Positions 10,220-18,775 of a stretch of 64,000 nt of DNA are shown piece after piece. Each line of letters begins with the position of its first letter. Positions within the stretch are counted from its first letter, which is position 1. The notes beneath the pieces are model-generated. The model was not told where the DNA came from. It saw only the letters and a list, made by a program, of their open reading frames with translations, and searched no databases. This DNA is from a virus, in the IMG/VR virus record IMGVR_UViG_3300032893_002193, positions 1-64,000 of that record. One strand, given 5' to 3'. The translations under genes were made by a program, and so were the position numbers.

Positions 10220-11479
10220 ATGCAAGATTTAATCAAAAGAAGAGAAGATTGTAGATTGTGTCATGGTCGCAATCTAAAATTAGTTCTAAAACTTGAAAAA
10301 TCTGCTCTTGCTAACGATTTTGTCTCAAACCCATTAGTCGTTCAGCAATCATTTCCTTTAGATTTATTTAGATGTGAGAGTTGCGGTAATTATCAAATTT
10401 TAGACATAATAGATCCGTCAATAATGTTTAGCAATTATAATTATGCAAGTTCTACCTCTAAATTGATGAGACAACATTTTAGAAATTATGTATGCGCTTT
10501 GGCCTCTGAATTTGATTTGTCCGAAGAGCATTTAGTTTGTGAAATAGCCTCTAATGATGGAGTTATGCTTCGATGGTTTAAGTGCCTTGGTATAGATGCC
10601 TTTGGAGTGGATCCTGCATCTAATTTAGCTCAAAAAGCAAATGATGAGGGATTAGAAACAATTAATGATTTCTTTAATACAAAAACCGCATCTGCAATAT
10701 TATCTACAAAAGGAAATGTAGATCTTGTTGTGGCTAATAATGTGTTTGCTCATGCTGATGATTTAGATGAAATTGTCAATGGAGTGAAAATTATCTTAAA
10801 AAAGGAAGGTTTTTTTGTTTTCGAAGTATCTTATTTTATGGATGTTTTAGAAAGCGGAGATTTTTCACAAATATATCACGAACATTTGCAATATTGGTTG
10901 GTTGGTCCGATGTATTCTTATTTTAAGAAGCACGGAATGACATTATATGATGTAAAACCGGTAGATGTCCACGGCGGATCTATTAGATGTTTTGTTTATA
11001 ATGGCATCTCAAATGATGTTTGTGATAGTGTTTCATATTATGCTGCAAAAGAAAGTAAAAACGGTTGCTATACAGATGAGTCCTGGTCTAAAGTTTCTAA
11101 ATTTGTGAAAAAGGTTAACGGAATAAAAGAAAATTTAAGACCAAAATTATTAGAGTTAAAGAGACAGGGAATGAAAATCGCCGGAGTAACAGCATCGGCA
11201 AAATCAACCACATTATTGCATCATTGTAATATAGGAAGTGATATTTTAGATTGTATTTATGATGATGCTCCAGAAAAAATCAATAAATATTCTCCTGGAA
11301 AACACATTCCAGTATTACCTTTTAGCAGAATGTATCAAGATAAGCCTGATTATTTAGTGACGCTATCTTTTAATTTTGTTGATTTTATTATTAACAAGCA
11401 TAAGGAATATCAGGGTAAATGGATCATACCTATTAATAAGAGCGATGAAATAATTGAATATTCTGGGGAAAATAAATGA
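10220..11479 (+). CDS. NDP-hexose C-methyltransferase (EryBIII/TylCIII/NovU-type)
   Basis: N-terminal zinc site CRLC...CESC, EIASNDG, ANNVFAH, IYHEH, HGGSIR, and C-terminal KINKYSPGKHIPV / DYLVTLSFNF. Confidence 0.9.
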   Translation: MQDLIKRREDCRLCHGRNLKLVLKLEKSALANDFVSNPLVVQQSFPLDLFRCESCGNYQILDIIDPSIMFSNYNYASSTSKLMRQHFRNYVCALASEFDLSEEHLVCEIASNDGVMLRWFKCLGIDAFGVDPASNLAQKANDEGLETINDFFNTKTASAILSTKGNVDLVVANNVFAHADDLDEIVNGVKIILKKEGFFVFEVSYFMDVLESGDFSQIYHEHLQYWLVGPMYSYFKKHGMTLYDVKPVDVHGGSIRCFVYNGISNDVCDSVSYYAAKESKNGCYTDESWSKVSKFVKKVNGIKENLRPKLLELKRQGMKIAGVTASAKSTTLLHHCNIGSDILDCIYDDAPEKINKYSPGKHIPVLPFSRMYQDKPDYLVTLSFNFVDFIINKHKEYQGKWIIPINKSDEIIEYSGENK

Positions 11480-12438
11480 AAAAAATATTGGTGACCGGAA
11501 CTGCCGGTTTTATTTTATCTAATTTTATGAGAATGGTAGAGAGGGATAATGCTTCTTATAAATTTGTCAGCATAGATAAAGTCATCGCTCCATATAATAG
11601 ATATAATGTTGAGTTAAATAGAAAATCTCATAATTTTTATATGGGAGATATTGCAGATGAAAAATTTATTGACAATATTTTTGCTATAGAAAGGCCGGAT
11701 ATTGTTATTCATGGAGCGGCTGAAAGTTTTGTTGATGATAGTATTAAAAGCGCCGGACCATTCATACACTCTAATGTTGTTGGAACTCAGGTTATGGTGG
11801 ATGCGGCGGTTAAATATGGCGTAGAAAGATTTGTTTATATTTCTACCGATGAGGTATACGGCCAATTAAAGTCTGGTGAAAAATCCTGGACTGAAGAGAG
11901 TTTGGTGAACCCGAGAAACCCATATAGTGCCTCTAAAGCTGCCGGAGAGTTAATTGTTAAAGCAGCCAATCAAACTCACGGTCTAAAATATAATATTACC
12001 CGATGCTGCAATAACTATGGTCCAAGCCAGCCTCCCAGAAATTTGGTTCCCAGAATTATTTATAGTGCTATCAATAACAAAAGCATTGGAATTCACGGAA
12101 ATGGTTTAAATATGAGGGAGTGGATCTGTGCCGAAGATCATTGCCGAGCTATTATGCATATTGTTGAAAATCTTCCTGTTAATGAAATATATAATATTGG
12201 AACTGGTATAGAATTAAGTAATTTAGATATGCTTAAATATATATCTAAAGTTTTAAACAAAAAAATAGAGCATCATTTTGTTAAAGATAGGGCCGGACAC
12301 GATTTTAGATATAGTGTTGATGTCAGTAAAATTGCTAAAACAGGATGGAAACCACGATTTTCATTTGAAGGCGGAATGAAAAAATGTGTTGATTGGTATG
12401 TTGAAAACTCTTGGTATTTTAAAAATTTTGACAAATGA
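11476..12438 (+). CDS. rfbB: dTDP-glucose 4,6-dehydratase (extended SDR)
   Basis: VTGTAGFI, HGAAESFVDDSI, ISTDEVYG, NPYSASKA, NNYGP, REWI and DRAGHDFRYS motifs. Confidence 0.9.
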   Translation: MKKILVTGTAGFILSNFMRMVERDNASYKFVSIDKVIAPYNRYNVELNRKSHNFYMGDIADEKFIDNIFAIERPDIVIHGAAESFVDDSIKSAGPFIHSNVVGTQVMVDAAVKYGVERFVYISTDEVYGQLKSGEKSWTEESLVNPRNPYSASKAAGELIVKAANQTHGLKYNITRCCNNYGPSQPPRNLVPRIIYSAINNKSIGIHGNGLNMREWICAEDHCRAIMHIVENLPVNEIYNIGTGIELSNLDMLKYISKVLNKKIEHHFVKDRAGHDFRYSVDVSKIAKTGWKPRFSFEGGMKKCVDWYVENSWYFKNFDK

Positions 12439-13262
12439 ACAATATTAATCTTGGAATAATTGGTTTAGGTAATTGGGGAAAAGTTTATCTTCCTAAATTA
12501 CGATCTCTTGGCGTTAATTTTTTTGTAGCACAGAATAATTTAGATACACTGATAGAAAAAAAGATTATTAATGGGCTTATTATTTCAACTCCACCGTCTT
12601 CACATATTCAAATTGCTAAGTATGCTTTAGATAATAATATTCCAGTGATGATAGAGAAGCCGCTTGCACTATCTCACAAAGAAGTAGAACAATTACAAGA
12701 TTATAATACACCAATTCTTGTTAACAATATACATTTGTTTTCTAATCCATATCAATATATTAAAAACAATATAGATTATAGTGGTATTAAAGGCATTCAG
12801 TTTATTAATGGAAACAATGGACCGGTTAGAAATTACTCCCCGTTGTATGATTATGGGTCGCACGATTTTGCTATGTTAATTGATTTGCTTGGAAGTGATT
12901 TAACTTATTTATATGGATTGGTTAATAAAAAAGAAAATAAAGAGCAATATCAAATTTCTTATTCTCATCATAAAATTGTTTGTAATTTGCACATAGGAAA
13001 TTGTTTTATGAAAAAACAAAGAATGTTAAAAATTATTACAAACGATGATGTATGGGAATATGATGATACAATTCAGAATAAATTAAAATTAAATTATGAA
13101 AATATTGAATATGATAAAACAGATCATCTTACAAATGCAATTAAGGTTTTTTTAAATTTAATTGAAGGAAAAGAAGATAAGAGATCTGGAATAAAATTAT
13201 CATTAGATGTTTTAAAATATTTAGATTATATTAGTAATAAATTAACTTTATCTTATTTTTAG
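12435..13262 (+). CDS. Gfo/Idh/MocA-family oxidoreductase (candidate NDP-keto-sugar reductase)
   Basis: GIIGLGNWG, STPPSSH, VMIEKPLA and DYGSHD motifs; ATGA overlap with rfbB. Confidence 0.85.
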   Translation: MNNINLGIIGLGNWGKVYLPKLRSLGVNFFVAQNNLDTLIEKKIINGLIISTPPSSHIQIAKYALDNNIPVMIEKPLALSHKEVEQLQDYNTPILVNNIHLFSNPYQYIKNNIDYSGIKGIQFINGNNGPVRNYSPLYDYGSHDFAMLIDLLGSDLTYLYGLVNKKENKEQYQISYSHHKIVCNLHIGNCFMKKQRMLKIITNDDVWEYDDTIQNKLKLNYENIEYDKTDHLTNAIKVFLNLIEGKEDKRSGIKLSLDVLKYLDYISNKLTLSYF

Positions 13263-13269
13263 GTTTAGA

Positions 13270-14127
13270 ATGAAAGCATTATGTTTATCTGGCGGTTCTG
13301 CAAAAGGCGCATTTCAGACCGGTGCAATTTTATATTTGCTTGGAAAAAAGAAAATAAAATATGATATTATGGCCGGAGTTTCTGTTGGAGCAATTAATGC
13401 TGCGGCCATTGGAATGTTTCCTGACGGCAAAGAATTAGAAGCGGCTGAATATTTAAGAGATATGTGGATTTCTATTGATGCCTCAAAAATTTATAAACGA
13501 TGGTGGCCGTTCGGTAGATGGCATGGATTATGGAAGGCCAGTTTATTCGATAGTTCTCCTCTTCATCATTTGGTTAAATCTAATATTGATATTGGTAGAA
13601 TTAGATCCTCTGGTAAAAAAGTATATTGTGGAACAGTTAATCTAACAACTGGAAAGTATACTGTTTTTAATAGTGAGCAAAATGATTTCGTTGATGCCGT
13701 AATAGCCAGTGCAAGTTTTCCTGGATTATTTACCCCTGTTCAGATAGGCGATCACTTATATACCGATGGAGGATCTAAAGAGATAAGTCCTATTTCGATT
13801 GCCATTAATCAGGGGTGTACAGAAATAGATTTGGTTATGACCTCTCCAGAAGTAAGAATTAAGAAATTTATCAATAATCCTAAAACAGTAGATGTGATAA
13901 ATAGAAGCTTCGATTTGTCTACTGAAAAAATAATGAGCAATGATTTAGAAAAAGCCATAATGTATAATAAATTGGCATCTACCGGGTTAACTGATAAAAA
14001 AGAAATCAAAATCAATGTAATTAGGCCATCTTTTAATCTTTTGGAGGATTTGCTTGACTTTGATCCTGAAAAAATTAGAAAAATGATGGAAATTGGTTAT
14101 CAAGAAGCAAAAAATAGATATGGGTAG
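13270..14127 (+). CDS. Patatin-like phospholipase
   Basis: LSGGSAKG oxyanion loop, GVSVG nucleophile elbow, ASASFPGLF and the catalytic DGG motif. Confidence 0.9.
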   Translation: MKALCLSGGSAKGAFQTGAILYLLGKKKIKYDIMAGVSVGAINAAAIGMFPDGKELEAAEYLRDMWISIDASKIYKRWWPFGRWHGLWKASLFDSSPLHHLVKSNIDIGRIRSSGKKVYCGTVNLTTGKYTVFNSEQNDFVDAVIASASFPGLFTPVQIGDHLYTDGGSKEISPISIAINQGCTEIDLVMTSPEVRIKKFINNPKTVDVINRSFDLSTEKIMSNDLEKAIMYNKLASTGLTDKKEIKINVIRPSFNLLEDLLDFDPEKIRKMMEIGYQEAKNRYG

Positions 14128-14199
14128 ACTAAATGCATAGAGATAAAAATAAGAGAGGCCTATAATATCAATATTGTTGGATATTATAAGGAGTAATAT

Positions 14200-14550
14200 A
14201 TGGTTAGCTACCCATTTAAAATAACAAAAACCCAAGGCAGAGACTATAATTTTTTTCAAAAAGTTACCGTCACATGGAATCAATTTGGAGGCGGAGCCAC
14301 TGATGGATATTCTCCTGACTGCATAATTACTCTTCCGTCTTCTTTTTCTTCATTATGGCTAATTAATGAAACTGGCTCGACAGTTGTAGAGGTTTCATAT
14401 AATGGGTATACAGTTCATGATGAGCTTAATCCAACCATATTGCCGCAAGGAGCACAATATCTCAATAGACCGGGCTGCTCTTTGATATGGTTGCGTCTAA
14501 AAACAGGCGCTTCGGCCACTGTTAGTATTCGTGCTTGGGGAGTAAGATAG
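14200..14550 (+). CDS. Small beta-rich hypothetical protein (possible virion decoration protein)
   Basis: 116 aa with an AAGGAG RBS and beta-strand patterning; contains one DGY. Confidence 0.7.
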   Translation: MVSYPFKITKTQGRDYNFFQKVTVTWNQFGGGATDGYSPDCIITLPSSFSSLWLINETGSTVVEVSYNGYTVHDELNPTILPQGAQYLNRPGCSLIWLRLKTGASATVSIRAWGVR

Positions 14551-14567
14551 TAAGAAAGGTAAGAATT

Positions 14568-14822
14568 ATGAGAAAAGAAAGAGGAAAGCAAATATTTTCA
14601 GAAAAAGAAACAAGACAACATCTAATTGATCTTGGTAAATTGCATGGCTTCGAAGGAGAAGTGAAGCAGATTTTTGATAAATATGATAGATTATTAAGAA
14701 ATTGCACCAACCAAATAGAAAAACAGGCAATTGCGATGGAGGGTGTTATTGCCGTTCATAACCTTCTTGGTGGATATAGCGATTTAGAAATTAATGGTAT
14801 TAAGATAAGAGGAAAGGTATAA
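14568..14822 (+). CDS. Hypothetical protein (84 aa)
   Basis: ATG at 14568 with an AAAGG RBS, in frame with the tracked 14535 ORF; TAATG overlap with the next gene. Confidence 0.65.
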   Translation: MRKERGKQIFSEKETRQHLIDLGKLHGFEGEVKQIFDKYDRLLRNCTNQIEKQAIAMEGVIAVHNLLGGYSDLEINGIKIRGKV

Positions 14823-15049
14823 TGTCAACGGTATATACTGGTAAGGTTATTTGGTTTAAAAATAAAAAGGGAATGGGCTTCATTGCTTGGGAAAAAGACG
14901 GTGTAGCTCAAACCGATATGTTTGTTCATTTTAGTGATATCCAAATGAATGGCTATAAAACATTATCCAAAGATGATGTGGTAGAATTTGAAATCGGACA
15001 AAATATTAAAGGTCAACCAAAAGCAATTAATGTTAAGGTTGTAAAATAA
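14822..15049 (+). CDS. Cold-shock domain (CSP) nucleic-acid-binding protein
   Basis: GKVIWF, KGMGFI (RNP1), DMFVHFS (RNP2), GYKTL and GQPKAINV motifs. Confidence 0.92.
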   Translation: MSTVYTGKVIWFKNKKGMGFIAWEKDGVAQTDMFVHFSDIQMNGYKTLSKDDVVEFEIGQNIKGQPKAINVKVVK

Positions 15050-15442
15050 TTAGTGTTTTAAGAACATATTAATAACAGATATAATTGTTCCAACTCCAAC
15101 CGTTCCCAGTATAACAATTAATCTAAATATATTTTTCTCTATCTCTGATATCTTATCTTCTAGACTGGTTTTTACATGTTGTTTAAATCTTTCAAAATCT
15201 TCTATTTGAGTATCTACTGATGAATTTATGCCCTCAAGCAATTTAATTATATTTTTTTGCTGTTCATCATTTTCATTTAATTTATCAATTATATTTTCGT
15301 TTTGATTTTCATTTTTTTCTAATTTTTTAATAATTTCTTCGTTTTGCTTTTCGACTTCAATATAGATCTCTATTGATTTTTGGTTTGTCTCCAAAATAGA
15401 TTTAATTTCTGAAAGTGTTATGTTAGATTGCTTTTCGTTCAT
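15050..15442 (-). CDS. Coiled-coil protein with C-terminal transmembrane helix (holin/XhlA-like architecture)
   Basis: Heptad-rich body followed by the hydrophobic C-terminal segment LIVILGTVGVGTIISVINMFL; last gene of a three-gene minus-strand unit. Confidence 0.7.
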   Translation of the reverse strand: MNEKQSNITLSEIKSILETNQKSIEIYIEVEKQNEEIIKKLEKNENQNENIIDKLNENDEQQKNIIKLLEGINSSVDTQIEDFERFKQHVKTSLEDKISEIEKNIFRLIVILGTVGVGTIISVINMFLKH

Positions 15443-15605
15443 CGCCTTGGGTTTTTGATCTTTTGTTGCGTATTTTAGCTATTGTTTCGTTGACTTTCTG
15501 GTCTAATTCTTTATATCTTTTTATGATATTTTCGCTTTCACTATCTTCCTCTTGCAGTGGAGCTACCACTATTTCTGATATTGCTACTACTTTACCGTTT
15601 GACAT
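15423..15605 (-). CDS. Hypothetical protein (60 aa)
   Basis: Fits tightly between the two flanking minus-strand ORFs; AGGTGA precedes the start. Confidence 0.55.
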   Translation of the reverse strand: MSNGKVVAISEIVVAPLQEEDSESENIIKRYKELDQKVNETIAKIRNKRSKTQGDERKAI

Positions 15606-15608
15606 TTT

Positions 15609-15977
15609 TCACCTATTTCTATCCGCTTCTGCCAAGTCTGCATTTTCTGCGGCGTACTCTTCTTCGTTAATATTTAGTTCATCAAAGTTTGTTTTTTCAA
15701 TAATAATATCATTTTTTCTTGCGCCAATTAGCGGTAATTCATTAACTTTTTTTATAGGTCTTGCACTTTTAGGTAATTTATCATTAATAAATAAATTAGA
15801 CTTCTTTTTAAATATTGATCCAGAAGACATTGATGCATTAATTTGCTCTTCTGTTAGCCTCGAATGCTTAAAATCATAAAGATTAATGGATTTTTTAGAC
15901 GGAATAATTAAATTAAGATCATGCAGAGCAATATCTCTGTTTGAAATATTTGTAATCCATAGGTTTTTTGCTGACAT
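15609..15977 (-). CDS. Hypothetical protein (122 aa)
   Basis: First gene of the minus-strand unit, preceded by a reverse-strand TAATATT motif 24 nt upstream; acidic C-terminus. Confidence 0.7.
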   Translation of the reverse strand: MSAKNLWITNISNRDIALHDLNLIIPSKKSINLYDFKHSRLTEEQINASMSSGSIFKKKSNLFINDKLPKSARPIKKVNELPLIGARKNDIIIEKTNFDELNINEEEYAAENADLAEADRNR

Positions 15978-15994
15978 CTTAATATAAATATAAT

Positions 15995-16013
15995 AATATT
16001 AATATTTCTGCAT
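15995..16013. promoter_or_regulatory. Divergent regulatory site: 12-bp palindrome AATATTAATATT providing motif A on both strands
   Basis: Plus strand reads TAATATTTCTGCAT at 16000 (29 nt to ATG 16029). Minus strand reads TAATATTATTATAT from 16001 (24 nt to ATG 15977). Confidence 0.55.
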
Positions 16014-16028
16014 TTTTTAGAGGATCTA

Positions 16029-16367
16029 ATGACATACATTCTTGAATATAATCCTGGCCAACAGGTAACGGTCGTATTACAAACCCTTGATTCAAATGGA
16101 ACTCGCGTAGATGGATATTCAACACCAATTGTTAATCGTATTATTATGCCTAATCTTACTTTATCGCCGGTATATCCTGTAGTTATGAGCAGACTTGACA
16201 CCGGATTATATATTCATACATTTACATTACCGTCTGGAGCGTCATCTGTTGGTACATATATTGTTGATATTTTTTGGACAGATGCTACCACAATGAAGAC
16301 TAAAAATGAAATTTATCAGGTAATAGTAAAAGCGCCTTCTGGTCAGTTTAGCGCCTCTCCTGCATAA
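16029..16367 (+). CDS. Small Ig-like beta-sandwich protein, probably virion-associated
   Basis: MSRLDTGLYIHTFTLP...VGTYIVDIFW pattern resembles the N-terminal domain of the next gene; GAGG RBS. Confidence 0.7.
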   Translation: MTYILEYNPGQQVTVVLQTLDSNGTRVDGYSTPIVNRIIMPNLTLSPVYPVVMSRLDTGLYIHTFTLPSGASSVGTYIVDIFWTDATTMKTKNEIYQVIVKAPSGQFSASPA

Positions 16368-16405
16368 TATTTTTGTATCTTATTATAGCGATATTGGAGA
16401 TCTAA

Positions 16406-17305
16406 ATGGCCATAAAATCCAGGGGGCAGTTAATTGATGTGATGGATACAGTTCAATTAAGAATTGTTTTTAGGGATCAATTCGGCGCTCCTGCTAATTT
16501 AGATAGTTTTCCACAAATTACTATTACACAGCCATCAGGAAATATATTAACTGGGCCAACAAGTGCGGGTGTATATCAGGTTTCCACTGGTACATATGGT
16601 TTTGATTATACTATCGGAATGGCTGGTCCTTATGGTGTTTGGGTAGATACTTGGGTAGGATATCTCAATGGATTTAGAATGGAGGCGGCGTTTAATTTTG
16701 TCGTCTCGCATACAGATCAGCCTGCAATTAATTCTGATGGATATGTTTCAATTGGAGATGACCCCGGATTTAATTATTCTCAAACGGCAATTTTGAATTT
16801 AAATAAATTAATAAAAACACTAAAGGCCAGATTAAATAGCGGAGGAAAATCAAGAAGTACTGATAAATACGGCAATGTGGATTATGTAGATTGTGATATT
16901 TATAGTGTTGAAATGTTAGCTACTTTTATAGCTGCATCATTATCGCAATTTAATGAAGTCCCATATTTTACATTTTTTACTTTAGAAGACACGCAAATTA
17001 TTAATCAGTTTCATAATATTTTTGTAGAAGGCGCTACACTAATGGCATTGGCTTCACAATCATTAATAGAAAGAGGCAGAGAGTTTAACATAACTGATAA
17101 CGGAATAACCTTTACTCCGCCTTCTATGAGCGAGCTCTTAAACACTCAATACGGCACACTATTAACTAATTATTATGATAAACTAAAATATATTAAGAAC
17201 TCTATGCGCAGCAGTCCGCTTGGCCTTGGCACTCTTAAACCACTTACGGCAAATTCTCCATATATAATGAGATTGAGACATCTTAAAGAAAGACAGGTTA
17301 TTTAA
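16406..17305 (+). CDS. Putative head-tail connector/neck protein with N-terminal Ig-like domain
   Basis: Ig-like N-terminus followed by a helical C-terminal region (ASLSQFNEVP, EFNITDNGITF); GGAG RBS. Function inferred from architecture and position. Confidence 0.5.
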   Translation: MAIKSRGQLIDVMDTVQLRIVFRDQFGAPANLDSFPQITITQPSGNILTGPTSAGVYQVSTGTYGFDYTIGMAGPYGVWVDTWVGYLNGFRMEAAFNFVVSHTDQPAINSDGYVSIGDDPGFNYSQTAILNLNKLIKTLKARLNSGGKSRSTDKYGNVDYVDCDIYSVEMLATFIAASLSQFNEVPYFTFFTLEDTQIINQFHNIFVEGATLMALASQSLIERGREFNITDNGITFTPPSMSELLNTQYGTLLTNYYDKLKYIKNSMRSSPLGLGTLKPLTANSPYIMRLRHLKERQVI

Positions 17306-17307
17306 AA

Positions 17308-18231
17308 ATGAAGAAACAAGCCGGGATTATAGAACCTCCACATAAAATGCTGGATACATTATATCAATGGACGGCAAAGTACTTCGCCGGAATTATTTTA
17401 TATAATTATCAAGAAAAATTAAAAACTGCTACAGAAAATGAAATTCCTTCTATAAGAGAGGTTATTCAAGAGGCATTAAGATTTACCAATGAAAAAATAA
17501 ATACAAATTTTAATGAAGGCAAGAGGGGAACATCTCTGCGCTGGGAATTAGACGATTGGAAATATGCAGATGATAATAAGAAAAAAAGATTTAATGATTG
17601 GGTTAATGGTGGTTTGCTGAATAATTATGTTAAGGTAGTATTTATGACAAAAGACATAAATGCTAGGGGAATTTATCAAGATGAGTTAAATGTCATTGTA
17701 TTATTTTTTACTATACCGGAGTTATCGGGCGCGGCAAGTTTTCATTGGCATTTACTTCAGTGTTATAATACCGCAAAGCATGAATTAATCCATGCATCAC
17801 AGTTTTTACTTTCCAGACTGCTTGGATTTGAGCCAACTGGTTCGAATATAATGGTTGGATTACCTGGGAAAAAGAACAAGGAATATGATCCATTAGGAAG
17901 ACCATTCGGTGAAAATAAAGAAAGATTAAAACACGAATTGCACGATTTAGAGTTTTATACCAACCTAACATCTTCTTTAGATGATTATAGGCAAGCGATA
18001 ATTTTTGAGCCAACCACAGAATTGAAAAAAGAGTTAGCTAAAATGTGGGTTGGGGCTCCTAATAAATATTTAAAAATGAAAGAGGAAAGAAAAAAAGATC
18101 ATCCAGGCGAAAGAAATCCGATTGTAATGAGAGCAATGCCTCCTTTTAAAACATTAATATATTTAGATGATGATAAATATAAAAAAGCAGTCAAGTTGTT
18201 TATGATTGAAGTTGATAAGATGATATCCTAA
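17308..18231 (+). CDS. Hypothetical protein with zincin HExxH motif
   Basis: HELIH at 17779 with a downstream Glu (HDLEFY); N-terminal MKKQAG. Confidence 0.65.
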   Translation: MKKQAGIIEPPHKMLDTLYQWTAKYFAGIILYNYQEKLKTATENEIPSIREVIQEALRFTNEKINTNFNEGKRGTSLRWELDDWKYADDNKKKRFNDWVNGGLLNNYVKVVFMTKDINARGIYQDELNVIVLFFTIPELSGAASFHWHLLQCYNTAKHELIHASQFLLSRLLGFEPTGSNIMVGLPGKKNKEYDPLGRPFGENKERLKHELHDLEFYTNLTSSLDDYRQAIIFEPTTELKKELAKMWVGAPNKYLKMKEERKKDHPGERNPIVMRAMPPFKTLIYLDDDKYKKAVKLFMIEVDKMIS

Positions 18232-18243
18232 TATTTTGGCATA
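18229..18243 (+). promoter_or_regulatory. Recurrent motif A (TAATATTTTGGCATA), putative phage promoter
   Basis: Identical 15-mer at 50944; lies 28 nt before ATG 18257. Confidence 0.55.
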
Positions 18244-18256
18244 ATTTTGAGTTATT

Positions 18257-18775
18257 ATGCATAAAAAATATACCATAGAGCAAGTGAAAAAGATTAGCCC
18301 CTCTGTCTTATTAAAACTAATACAGAAAGCTAAAGATTTTGTTAAAAAAACAGAAGCTTTTACAGAGATGTGCGAAGATTTTGATGTAAAGCCGGATATT
18401 ATAGATTTGATACCGGTTAAATTTGATGATTTAGAGGTTTCTGCTAGAACAGAAAAAGGAATAATTATTTTAAATTATAAACTTTTATGTGATGGAGATT
18501 TTTTTAAAGATTATATGTATTTATGTCATGAGGCCAGACACTATTTGCAGCAATGTTATAACGAAAAGCCTACAAGAGCTGCCACAGATGATGACTATCT
18601 TGATAATAAAGATGAGGTTGATGCATTTAAAACTCAGGTTGGATATATCGATGAAATCTTTGGTGATGATGAGGCAGAAAAATATGTTGATCATCTAACC
18701 AAATATCACGGATTGAAGGGCAGTGAAAAAGAAGAAAAAGAAGAAGAGCTGTTGGAGAAAGTAAATGAAGATTAA
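18257..18775 (+). CDS. Small zincin-like metallopeptidase-motif protein
   Basis: IILN...HEARH (18527)...YLDNKDEVDAF, an HExxH motif with a downstream Glu. Confidence 0.7.
   Translation: MHKKYTIEQVKKISPSVLLKLIQKAKDFVKKTEAFTEMCEDFDVKPDIIDLIPVKFDDLEVSARTEKGIIILNYKLLCDGDFFKDYMYLCHEARHYLQQCYNEKPTRAATDDDYLDNKDEVDAFKTQVGYIDEIFGDDEAEKYVDHLTKYHGLKGSEKEEKEEELLEKVNED

Noticed and set aside
3-13262. Eukaryotic giant virus (collagen plus glycan genes)
   Set aside because: Shine-Dalgarno sites, overlapping operonic genes and a contractile tail indicate a prokaryotic tailed virus.
15463-16201. ORFs 15463..15879 (+) and 15908..16201 (-)
   Set aside because: They are antisense shadows of better-supported genes and have atypical composition.
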